Assembly: GCA_000002445.1 (NCBI GenBank)
Contig: CH464491.1
Span: forward strand, 3,264,001-3,328,000
Source: Trypanosoma brucei
Taxonomy: Eukaryota
Reading direction: 5' to 3'
Length of the DNA: 64,000 nt
The position numbers were made by a program, and so were the translations under genes. Below the pieces are notes generated by a model. It did not search any database and had not been told where the DNA came from. It saw only the letters and a program-made list of their open reading frames with translations. Positions 54,849-64,000 of this stretch are shown here, in pieces (position 1 is the first letter of the stretch; each line of letters begins with the position of its first letter).

Positions 54849-55277
54849 AGTGATACTGGTGCCTATCGCCGTGTTCTGCGGGTCATTGTTACCAAGTAAA
54901 ACGGGACCCCAGTGATGGTGTGCGCATACCTCACCATCCTGTGTTTTCTACCACTCTTTTTATTTCGTTTTTGTGTCCCCAATTCCTATCTTTCACGCCC
55001 CTCCCTTCTCTCGCTCTCTGTTTTGTTTTTGTTTTCTCGTTTTTTTTTTCCACTGTGACGCTCCAAAGACAAAGGTGTCGTCAAAGGGAGTGATATCAGG
55101 CTGGTCATACAATACCTAGTAGCACATATTACGTCACCGGCCGCGTGCATTTTTCTGTGAATTTGCTATCGCGACCGGTTTATCGCCGCCAGCAAGGGGG
55201 CACAGATTGCATACTTAACAAAGCGTAACGTGAACTTTTTCACTTGAGTAGAGACGGCAGAGAGGCGAACACTTCCT

Positions 55278-58202
55278 ATGAGCTCTGCGGTTTCAGCACT
55301 CACCGCAACCATCGGCGTACTCAGGCGCCTCTTGAATGAAGAGAAAACGGACCTCGAGCAACTAACTTATGTGGTTCAGTGCATCCACGACCCTATATTA
55401 GAGTGCTACAACTCACCAAACGATGGAAAACAAGGTCAATGGTTGTTTGAAACCCCAAATGTGGCATCCATTTTAACTGCAACTGAGCACCGGGATATCT
55501 TTGGGAATATATTTGCGCTTTACAATAAGCATAAATGGATTGTGAGCAGACTTGAGTCAGCACTCCGAGAACCCAATAGGAAACAGGAAAATGGAGCTGA
55601 AGCGACTGGACAAAGTAGCTCCAACGCAAAAGAAAATGCAGAGGCAGCCGCGCTTCGTGATGTGGTAGAGCTCTTTTGCTCCAACGAAATGCAGCAGTTC
55701 ATCACCGAGCACCTAAAGTATTCCTTAAGTTACAGTAGCACAATTGCGCCGAAAATTCTTGGCTTGTGGCATCGGTGCTGCCCCACGCACGCTAAAAATG
55801 CCACTGGCAAGTTAAGTCTAGATAGTGGTTTCATACGGGTCGTCGACAAACGGGGTGAACTCAGTTTCCGCAAGAGGTTTTTGTGCTTCCTCTGGTGGAC
55901 GTTAGGTGAACGAAGTGGTGTGCCCATGGATCCACGCGCGGTGCGGGTTCGACTTCCCGACTCTCTTTCTCCAGCAACGGCACCGCCTGCATCAACCGGT
56001 CAAGGCCATCCCTGCGCATCTCCCCCTTTGAAAAGTAACGCTGGCGAGGGCCACTCCAACGGGCGTCCTGGAAGTGTCTCTAATGCAATTAAGATGACTT
56101 TTTCCAGTCCCTCAGCAGGTTGGGAAGAGTCACTTATTCCCCCCACATGGCAGGGTTTTGAAACTTTGCTTGCCCTCCTTGCCACGCCACTCCCCTCTCT
56201 TCGCCGGTATGTTCATGTCGCTTGTTGTATTGTCAACACGCACTGCCTGCAGAGGTCCATACGGCAACAACTGCAGTTCAACTTCGTCACTTTGGCAAGG
56301 CAGCGAATGGCGGAAGAAAATTGTATGGTATTGAATGAGTTAATCAAGCAGGACACCGGACATATTACATCCCTTATTGATGGTGCCGGGGCAGCATCTG
56401 CAGATAAAGCAAAGGCTGCTGCTCTTCTCCCCGGATATACTGCAAAAAAATTTGCACGCGTTGACCCTGATAAGGATGGTTGCCGAGTGCTCATTCATTA
56501 CGGGCGCCTTACAAAGAAATTTCGCCGTGGGCGCCATGAACGGTTGGTGTTCTTATTTAACGACTGGTTTTGCTACGGTGAGGAACACGTGAACAATCAA
56601 CTGCTCCTCCGGGCGTCACTTTCACTCGACGGACTAAAGGTGGTGGACCACAGCAATGTGGAGGATGGGGATAACAGCTTCGATGTGGTCACGCAAAAGA
56701 TGCGCTTTTCCTTCATCGCACCGACACAAGAACAGAAACGGCAGTGGGTCGACGCCCTTCTCAACACTGTACGCTTGTATGAAAAGAGGTTGTCGAAGCC
56801 CCAGCAACCCAGCAACTCTTCAGGGGGGGATAGCAAGCTGGCAGTAAGGAAAACAGTCAGCGTGCTACCGACGAAATCTGTGAGACTTACAAGGAACTCA
56901 CGACTGGTTCGCCAACAGCGTGTGGACCGTTTAGTGCAGGGACAGCTGAGCATGCGGCGGGCAGCGAGCGCCACCCAAGGTGCTGTTTCTGATGAAGAGG
57001 CTGTTGGACCCGTGGCCATGCAAGATACATTGGTTGCACCAGATGATGTTGGTGGCCTGCAGGACATCGAATCCCCACTGCAGCAGGAAGAAGTTGAAGT
57101 GGAGAAGGATGCAGCTGATGGAAATGTTGTTTCAGATGATGGTGAATGGGCTGAGAGGGAACAGGTTGACGTCGCCGCTGAGGTTGAAAGTGATGACAGT
57201 GGCGATATTGTTGGCCACGAGGGCCGCAGTTCTGCAGAAGGAGAGGGTGAGGGTGGACCGGATGCGCACCGGACGCTGGGTCGCTGTACCGAAGAGCTGC
57301 GGGACGAAAGCAGTGGGAATAGCAAGGAAGTAAGTGGAACATTACAAGGGGGGGAGGCCTCAACGTCGCTAGAAGACACTGGAGGTACGACCCCGCTTCC
57401 AAAGCATGATTCAGGGGAGCCGAACGACAGCTACCACAGAACTAATGAAGAACCGGGCGTAACGCAACCGAGGGAGCTGCCGGTCGAGCGCCGTGGGGGC
57501 AACTTGGGTGTAAATAAGGAGTTGGGGACGAGTGGCCATGAGGGGAGAGGAAGTGAACACGAGAATGACAAAGAGCAATCAAATGGGGATGTGAAGGGCA
57601 GCGACGTAAAGCGGTGTAAGACTGAGGGGAGAGAAAACAGGGAGGAAGTAGAGGAACGGAGATGCGAAAGCGAAGACGAGGAAGAGGAAGAGGAACTTTG
57701 CGAAAGCTCTGAAGGTGACAACAAGGGAAAGGGAGGCGAGGACGAGCGAAGGAATGATGAGGAGGGCGGTGGTCCTACAAATGTAGGGGATATGGAGGAA
57801 GTGGAACGGAAGGAGGTGGTGGTAGAGGGGGAGGAACAAGTGGAAGTGGAAGAAAAAACAGAAGAAGGCTGTGAGGAGGCCCAGGACCTCCCACCGCCAC
57901 CGGCATACACGATTGAATGCGTCGCATCGTCAGAGAATGAAGCTTCCGGTCCCCCGTGTTCCGCAGATGAAAGCGATGATGTTGTCAACGCAACAAAGGA
58001 AGTAGCAAAAAATAATGACGAAGGCATCCCCAACGGAGGAGAAACTGTTAAGCAGGAGTCAAATCGGTCAAGTGGATGCGATAAAATTTGCGCTGATGGC
58101 AGCAAACCAACAAAGGCCGCCCCCGAGGAAATGGAAAAATCACGAACTGACGAAGCAAAGCCACAGGCAGCCAGAGCTGAGGAAAAGGAGTTGAATGAAT
58201 GA
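55278..58202 (+). CDS. PH-domain-containing protein with an extremely acidic (E/D/G-rich) C-terminal third
   Basis: RVLIHYGRLTKKFRRGRHERLVFLFNDWFCYGEE...FDVVTQKMRFSFIAPTQEQKRQWVDALLNTV has a PH-domain-like pattern ending in the conserved Trp helix. The C-terminus is low-complexity and acidic. Confidence 0.7.
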   Translation: MSSAVSALTATIGVLRRLLNEEKTDLEQLTYVVQCIHDPILECYNSPNDGKQGQWLFETPNVASILTATEHRDIFGNIFALYNKHKWIVSRLESALREPNRKQENGAEATGQSSSNAKENAEAAALRDVVELFCSNEMQQFITEHLKYSLSYSSTIAPKILGLWHRCCPTHAKNATGKLSLDSGFIRVVDKRGELSFRKRFLCFLWWTLGERSGVPMDPRAVRVRLPDSLSPATAPPASTGQGHPCASPPLKSNAGEGHSNGRPGSVSNAIKMTFSSPSAGWEESLIPPTWQGFETLLALLATPLPSLRRYVHVACCIVNTHCLQRSIRQQLQFNFVTLARQRMAEENCMVLNELIKQDTGHITSLIDGAGAASADKAKAAALLPGYTAKKFARVDPDKDGCRVLIHYGRLTKKFRRGRHERLVFLFNDWFCYGEEHVNNQLLLRASLSLDGLKVVDHSNVEDGDNSFDVVTQKMRFSFIAPTQEQKRQWVDALLNTVRLYEKRLSKPQQPSNSSGGDSKLAVRKTVSVLPTKSVRLTRNSRLVRQQRVDRLVQGQLSMRRAASATQGAVSDEEAVGPVAMQDTLVAPDDVGGLQDIESPLQQEEVEVEKDAADGNVVSDDGEWAEREQVDVAAEVESDDSGDIVGHEGRSSAEGEGEGGPDAHRTLGRCTEELRDESSGNSKEVSGTLQGGEASTSLEDTGGTTPLPKHDSGEPNDSYHRTNEEPGVTQPRELPVERRGGNLGVNKELGTSGHEGRGSEHENDKEQSNGDVKGSDVKRCKTEGRENREEVEERRCESEDEEEEEELCESSEGDNKGKGGEDERRNDEEGGGPTNVGDMEEVERKEVVVEGEEQVEVEEKTEEGCEEAQDLPPPPAYTIECVASSENEASGPPCSADESDDVVNATKEVAKNNDEGIPNGGETVKQESNRSSGCDKICADGSKPTKAAPEEMEKSRTDEAKPQAARAEEKELNE

Positions 58203-58687
58203 GTGTTCCTCCTCCTCATTACCCACCACATTAAAAACGTTCAAACTCGCACGTTACGGGTACAGTATAATTGCTCAAAAAGTGGAAAGGGAATTCAAAA
58301 AGTAGAATAACTGAGACGTTGAAACGGTACACAGGGATAGGAATGACAATCGAAAAAGCGGAAGGAATGGGTGCTAATAATAAGTGAAATGTCATTTTCT
58401 TTTGCCATCGCTACGGCCGTATCTGGCACTTTTTGCTTGTTTTATACATCAACGTTAACTGTAACTATACGCATGCCTGTGCATACACTGTTGGGTTTAG
58501 CCTCGGTTTGTTCGTTTGTTCTTGCAGAGTGTGACTTCCCCCCCCAAAAAAAAAAAAGTGTGTCTTCTCTTCTTTTTTCTTTTGTTTTGTTTTTCATTTG
58601 GTATGAATTGCTACTAGCCCTAGTACTGATCACAGCAGCTGAGGACGGCGAAACTACCCTTCATATTGGTTCCCAGTGGCTGACAAA

Positions 58688-60046
58688 ATGGAATCGTTCG
58701 GCCCTCTTGCGGTCGTTTCGGCCACTATTCTTTCTGTAATCGCTGTTTTTTATATCGGTATCATGGGGCCTTCACGTTACCACCGTAACGGCGTTGTTGG
58801 GTGGTTATACCGAGGCATGGTGAAGCTCCCACATGCGTGCGTCAGTTGCTGTTGTTGCCGTAGTGGAACCAGCGGTGGGTTATTCAGCTGCTTCATGAAA
58901 ACCCGGTGTGGTCGTTGTTTCCACTACCTTATGAATGAGCGTCATTGGGGTTTAGTTATTCTCTACATCATCCTCGTATGGCCTGTGGAGATTGCATATT
59001 TAGCACTGGTTGCCATGCGACTCAAGGCATCACTTCTCTCCAAAATGGTTAGTTGGGGGCTCGTCCTTTTCTCTGAAGTTGTTTACTTCGCTGCCGTCTT
59101 TTCAGACCCGGGGACTGTCACATCGCGGTCGGAAAAGGACGCTCAAAAGCGTGCATTTGCCACAGCTGGTGGAGCAAAGCCACAGATGAAAAAGGGTCAT
59201 GAAGCAACAAGAAAGGGCGAGGAGCGAATGCAATATCGGAAGTTTTTACTTTCCCCTCGTGCAGAAGAGGAGCAGGGTCAGCGCTACGTTGTGGATGGGA
59301 TCCTTTACGGAAAGGATAGCACCCGCGGTTGTGGAGTTGAGTGCCCCACCTGTAATGTCCCCCGCCCCAGCCGTAGCAAACACTGTCGGATGTGTAACCG
59401 CTGTGTTCGGCGCTATGATCATCATTGCCCGTGGATAAACAACGACGTGGCGGAGGGTAACCACCGTTGGTTCTTGCTGTTTCTCCTAATACACATCATC
59501 GAATGTATATGGGGACTCTGGGATTTGTACACAATGGTGGTGCAGTTTCTAACAGCGCAAGGTTTGTGGGTGTCGGCCATCAGGTTCGCTAACGGATACA
59601 CATACCGCATAACAAATATCCATCGCCTCTTTGCAATCGCGACGATGCATCCTTTGGTGCTCTTCTTGATTATTTTTGCCGCTCCCATCACTGTTGTTCT
59701 AGCGGTTTTTTGGCTGCAGCAAATGTCATTTGTGGTGTCAAACGTTACCATCAACGACATGAACAAAATAGACACAACAATAGACTTTATCACCACTTTA
59801 CCTACAGCGACAGATGTGTACGAGGAGGCGCAAAACGTGCGTTCCGTGCTTGAAAATGTCGCAGCGCGACCACCCCGACGGCTGAGGGCGCTGAAAAGGC
59901 CATCGGCAGAGGCGATTGTTGTGGGAAGCAAAAAGGATAAGGCATACCGTAAAGAGGTGAGTAAGATGCTGATGAGCGACCTAAAGGGGTTGTTTAACCG
60001 TGGGGTATGGAATAATCTGAAGGAGGTGATGTTTCCCTACAGTTGA
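58688..60046 (+). CDS. zDHHC-type protein S-palmitoyltransferase
   Basis: [44 protein letters not shown] is the DHHC Cys-rich domain, flanked by TM helices. The ORF-track start at 58676 is GTG; the first ATG is 58688. Confidence 0.85.
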   Translation: MESFGPLAVVSATILSVIAVFYIGIMGPSRYHRNGVVGWLYRGMVKLPHACVSCCCCRSGTSGGLFSCFMKTRCGRCFHYLMNERHWGLVILYIILVWPVEIAYLALVAMRLKASLLSKMVSWGLVLFSEVVYFAAVFSDPGTVTSRSEKDAQKRAFATAGGAKPQMKKGHEATRKGEERMQYRKFLLSPRAEEEQGQRYVVDGILYGKDSTRGCGVECPTCNVPRPSRSKHCRMCNRCVRRYDHHCPWINNDVAEGNHRWFLLFLLIHIIECIWGLWDLYTMVVQFLTAQGLWVSAIRFANGYTYRITNIHRLFAIATMHPLVLFLIIFAAPITVVLAVFWLQQMSFVVSNVTINDMNKIDTTIDFITTLPTATDVYEEAQNVRSVLENVAARPPRRLRALKRPSAEAIVVGSKKDKAYRKEVSKMLMSDLKGLFNRGVWNNLKEVMFPYS

Positions 60047-61071
60047 ATTTATTCTTTTTGTGTGCGCCTCATTGGTGCTTCTGAGTGGTGAACCGGGTAC
60101 TTTTCACTGGCACTTCTCGCCTTTCCGATCCCAGCATGGGGGGGGGGAGGAAAACGAGAAGAAATGCAGTCAACAAGTCCCTTCAATCTCTTTTCTGTTG
60201 TTTAAGCAAAGGGGAGAAGGGGAAGGTCGGTGCGCGGAGTGGAGAAGGGCATGGAAAGAAGCATATTTAATAATGGAATAAATAGAGATATAATTTGCGT
60301 GGGTCCCACGATGTGCTGTTGTTTTCACACTGTAGCTGTTGTGTCCAGTAACTTTGGATGTTCTTTTCATCTACGCGTCATACGCATGGAGCTAACAGAA
60401 ACGTAAGCGTGGGGCGGGAGAAGGCTCTTGAAGGAAGCACAGGGGTGCCGCCCATGTGCTTTCCGATGTGTCATGAAGCTGACGCACATTTGAATTCTCG
60501 GTTTTTTCTCTCGCCTTTCTGTTTCTTTTTCTTTTTTAATCAATCCACCCGTCAAGATCCCTCTCATTGTTTCTTCTGCGGTTATGCTCCGTCCCCTCAC
60601 TCTCATCTCGTTCGTTAGCACCTCACCCTTCCACGTGTTTTACGCCGAGGATCTTATACATAATCCACCACACCCCAAAACCATTCGAGAAATGTTATCA
60701 CCCTGCCGTTTCATCCATGCTGGTGTCATCCGATCGTTCGCTTCTGGAACGGGGAAACACTTTGTTACTTGGTGTACGTAACGAAAAATAGCGTTCAAAA
60801 AAAAAAAGAAGAGGAAGATTGTTATGTGGGGTTCTCAATCTTTGACTGGTTGCGCGTATGCAGTCTTGCGCGCGCGGCCGCACTCCTTTATGTACGTGGG
60901 GTCTCGTTTTGTATTGCACGAGAACATAAGAAACAACTGTAAAGTGATTACTACGCACAGTTAAATGGCTCGACATTGTCTTGCACGCACACCGTTGTTT
61001 TATTTCACTTATTATACTGTTTGCACTAAAGGGAGGCAGAAAGGCCTCGGCAAAGGGATCAGGTAAAAGGT

Positions 61072-63432
61072 ATGAAAACCGAGGTGGAGACCAAGACTAA
61101 GACAACAGACGTGACAGAGGCTGCCTCACAGCATGCACGAGGGAGCACTACTGGGAATGGTTTTATTTCCCCACTGGAAGCCTCTCAGTGCTACCGCGCT
61201 GTGTGTGGTCCTTGCCACTTTGAAAACAGCGGGTGTCAGTCACATTCTACGTTGGCTGCAGCGATCGCCCACCCGGCCACAACTCAAATTCTTCAGGAGC
61301 TGATTCTATTTGCGTTTACGCCAGGGAGGCATTCCGGCGGCCCCCAGCAAATGGGAATGGTCAACTCAGTCATGGCGCGTAAGCCGTTTGGAGTGCCGCC
61401 CGAACACGCTCTAACGTGGTTAGATATAAAAAGGTCGCTTTTGTTCTGTGGCGTAAAGCAGCACCGCTGTCCCAAAGCGCTAAGGCTGCTGTGGGGGAGC
61501 CTCCTTGCTCTTTGCTGTAACTGCTCACAACATACCATCGATGAGAAAAAGGTGCCGGAGGGGACCACTTTGGACGATGGCAGTAGTATTCAGTGTAGTA
61601 GTCACTTTCCCGCCGCAGAAATTGCGATATTGGTCCGGCACGAAGATTTTCGTTGGGTCGCGCAATTACTGGCAGCTGGCGAAAGTTTGGGGAGCTGCAC
61701 CGTCGCGAGGGGAAAAGCGGTTCCCCTTGAGGACTTTGTGTCTACCATCGTTGATTTGCAGCATCACATAACTTCAACCGTGGCCGAAAGTTACCAGGTG
61801 CCACGCTCACAAACAAAATATGTTCTAATTGTCGATGCAGACAGCTTCCACTGCTGCATCAAGAGGTTTCTCGCACAGGAATTACGGGGAGAACACATTA
61901 CTCTCTCCCCACTCCCCCGGTGGAATGGAGCGCAGGCCATTGTCCAGCAGCGCCGCGCGCTTGTTGTATTTTGCGGTGGAACGAGTGGCTGTGGAAAGAG
62001 TACGCTATCCAGTCTCATTTCAACTCACCTGAGTATTTCCACGACTATTTCAACAGACACTATCCGACAAGCGCTTCGCCGGACGCTGCCAGGTGGCGAG
62101 TTCCCGGAACTCTTCACGTCTACATACGCCGCTCATTCAAACCCGGTAGCATCTCTTGAAGGCGGTGGGAATGCGTGTAACGGCAACCTTGACGGGGATG
62201 GACCTGAGCACGTTATCGCAGCGTATGAGAAACAGTGCGCGACGGTTCTTCCGGTGCTTGATCGCACACTGGAAAAGTTTGTTTCGCGCTATCAGACAGT
62301 GGTCGTTGAGGGTGTTCATTTGTTGCCGGATTACATGCATCGCAAGATGGTTGAGTTGCAAACACGGGGAGTGCTGTGCGTTTCCTTTCTAGTGTACATA
62401 AAGAAAAGGGAACGACATCTTGAGCGGTTCTGTACACGGGCCAAGTCCATGAGCCTCTCGCCGACGCGCAACAAATATGTGTCGAATTTCGAGAACATCC
62501 GAGTAATTCAGCAGCATCTACTCGAGCAGGCGGCACGTCTTGACGTGAACCTTATAAACAACACGAATGTTGACAAGTCTCTAATGATGGTTCATACGCG
62601 TCTGTTAGACAGAGTGCATCATTTCAATGTCGCCCCGGGGTTTCAGCAGCACGTGGGTGTCGGTGAAGAAACTTCCACTGCAAGAGCCCAAGTCGGTACC
62701 AATTCAGGTATCGACCGCCGGGACGATGAAACAGAAGTAACTAGTGCCGCACACCTCTACAATATGCCTTATTCGAACGTTAGCGGCAAACACATGCTTG
62801 CTTTGCTTCTTCATCGGCGAAACGAGAAAAAGCACCGAATGCATAACAGTCTGTTTTCTCGTTGCCACTGTTGTGAGCGCAACTCCTTGGTCACACAGGT
62901 TAGGCGGTCCCGATCAGCAGAATCTCTTACAACACTGAAACTTAGTTCACTTCAAGTGTGTACAGACGAATGGGACGGACGAGATAACTCACTTCTTGTG
63001 CCACATAAACAAAGTGAGGAACCGACAACCAATTCCAGTGAATGTGGATGTATCACCAACGCCATGGTCGCTGGGACTTCCCTTATCGGAATAGACTGTC
63101 AGAATAGGAACACTGATGCAGATGATGCAAATGTTGATGATTACCACGACCCTACGTCAATGCAAGCCCTTGAGGCAGGACACACAACCCGAAGCATGCG
63201 GTCGTCAAGCGCCTTCACGCACTTCGCTCCGATTTCTCCGTCGGTGCGCTCAGCGAGCGCGGATACGGAGCGCCTCGGGGGAAGGATGTGCAAGCGGAGC
63301 CGTGGGTGGGCTGCAATTCAATTGTCCATCTCCAATAGGGCGGAGCAGGGAAGGAATGAAAACGATGAGGAGATGAAGTCTCTATGGGGAGACAACTTCT
63401 CCAGCGAAACGCCATCCCTCACTTGCTGTTGA
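61072..63432 (+). CDS. P-loop NTPase with a 2-phosphoglycerate-kinase-like Walker A region (VFCGGTSGCGKSTLSSLIS) and a long Ser-rich C-terminal extension
   Basis: ATG-initiated 786-aa ORF. Walker A GG.SG.GKST as in 2PGK-like proteins, plus downstream VVVEGVHLLPD (Walker B-like). Confidence 0.65.
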   Translation: MKTEVETKTKTTDVTEAASQHARGSTTGNGFISPLEASQCYRAVCGPCHFENSGCQSHSTLAAAIAHPATTQILQELILFAFTPGRHSGGPQQMGMVNSVMARKPFGVPPEHALTWLDIKRSLLFCGVKQHRCPKALRLLWGSLLALCCNCSQHTIDEKKVPEGTTLDDGSSIQCSSHFPAAEIAILVRHEDFRWVAQLLAAGESLGSCTVARGKAVPLEDFVSTIVDLQHHITSTVAESYQVPRSQTKYVLIVDADSFHCCIKRFLAQELRGEHITLSPLPRWNGAQAIVQQRRALVVFCGGTSGCGKSTLSSLISTHLSISTTISTDTIRQALRRTLPGGEFPELFTSTYAAHSNPVASLEGGGNACNGNLDGDGPEHVIAAYEKQCATVLPVLDRTLEKFVSRYQTVVVEGVHLLPDYMHRKMVELQTRGVLCVSFLVYIKKRERHLERFCTRAKSMSLSPTRNKYVSNFENIRVIQQHLLEQAARLDVNLINNTNVDKSLMMVHTRLLDRVHHFNVAPGFQQHVGVGEETSTARAQVGTNSGIDRRDDETEVTSAAHLYNMPYSNVSGKHMLALLLHRRNEKKHRMHNSLFSRCHCCERNSLVTQVRRSRSAESLTTLKLSSLQVCTDEWDGRDNSLLVPHKQSEEPTTNSSECGCITNAMVAGTSLIGIDCQNRNTDADDANVDDYHDPTSMQALEAGHTTRSMRSSSAFTHFAPISPSVRSASADTERLGGRMCKRSRGWAAIQLSISNRAEQGRNENDEEMKSLWGDNFSSETPSLTCC

Positions 63433-64000
63433 GATTATAAACTCGCGGGGTCTGTTTGGAGCTATTTTGTTATTATTATTATTATTGTTATTTGCATTCT
63501 ATCCCTATATTGGAAGTTGGGGCGCGAAGGTTGCATAGTAGCAAAGACGAAGACGGATACGTAAAAGAAGGTGGGGACTTTAGAAACCGTGCGATGATTA
63601 TCAGCTTAGCACATTGCACAAGTGCCATTCACAACGGCTAGTAAGTGCAGGGTTGGTTGGTTTGAACCCACTAAGTCACTCATTTTATCGATTTGATGAA
63701 ACGACTATGTAAGTACTTCTGCTGCTGCTGCCGCTGTATCATTGTCATTGTTTCTGTTGTTGGAGATTGCAAAGTGTGAAACCCCTTTTTGGCCATTTTA
63801 TTCCGTGGCGTGTCCCGTGTGATTGCAATGGTGTGGGGGAACTGTTGCACTTGTGCTTCAGGGTGGGCAGACACGCAGAATTAAAACCTCCTCTAAGACG
63901 AAGTTGCCCTTGCTTTTTTAAGGAGGGAAAGGAGAGCGAAAAAAGAACGGTTCACGAAAACACACAGTCCCCTCCCCCGAGGTCTTTAATTACCATTTTC

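Noticed and set aside
56597-58231. Two minus-strand ORFs (260 and 266 aa) inside the PH-domain/acidic-tail gene
   Set aside because: Their composition is low-complexity Ser/Pro-rich, the mirror of the GAG/GAA-rich sense strand. No start context, and antisense to a long + ORF.
43581-60046. Apparent clustering of ER/secretory-pathway genes (Derlin, glucosidase II beta, zDHHC) suggesting a functional island
   Set aside because: Kinetoplastid polycistronic units are not functional operons. Unrelated genes (a helicase and various hypotheticals) are interspersed. Co-location is best explained by chance.
1-64000. Search for tRNA, snoRNA, SL-RNA, rRNA genes, retroposons (ingi/SIDER/SLACS), RHS/VSG/ESAG-type subtelomeric genes, CRISPR or prokaryotic defence systems
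   Set aside because: I found no T-loop/A-box/B-box-like strings, no spliced-leader exon sequence, no telomeric repeats, and no direct-repeat/spacer arrays. The window looks like ordinary chromosome-core coding sequence. Small snoRNA genes cannot be excluded by eye.

Overview
The window reads as nuclear DNA from a kinetoplastid (Trypanosoma-like), not a prokaryote. All 23 convincing protein-coding ORFs lie on the + strand with no strand switch, which is what one directional polycistronic transcription unit looks like. They are separated by 0.3-1.5 kb intergenic regions that are T/pyrimidine-rich and carry (TA)n and (GT)n microsatellites and polypyrimidine tracts typical of trans-splicing acceptor regions. 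Minus-strand ORFs are short, or sit inside + strand genes, repeats or low-complexity stretches, and look spurious. GC content and codon usage fit a Trypanosoma better than Leishmania, and I lean towards the T. brucei group, but I cannot assign the species from sequence alone. The supplied ORF track evidently allows GTG/TTG starts, so I re-anchored each gene to its first plausible ATG downstream of a polypyrimidine tract. Genes I can recognise by motif: a C-terminal RING finger (5' partial); the BBSome subunit BBS8/TTC8; a PPP-family Ser/Thr phosphatase with a long N-terminal extension; a Kir-type K+ channel lacking the GYG signature; a dual-specificity phosphatase; a Yippee/CULT zinc-binding protein; Derlin; a UvrD/Srs2-family SF1 helicase; a glucosidase II beta-like protein; a zDHHC palmitoyltransferase; a 2-phosphoglycerate-kinase-like P-loop protein; a PH-domain protein with an acidic tail; an LRR protein; and a protein ending in about five near-identical 132-bp (44-aa) tandem repeats. 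I see no CRISPR, no operon-like defence or mobile-element system, no rRNA/tRNA/SL-RNA genes and no retroelements. The most checkable oddities are the Kir-like channel, the tandem-repeat protein, a single in-frame TGA separating a coiled-coil ORF from the downstream LRR ORF, and the 2PGK-like P-loop protein.
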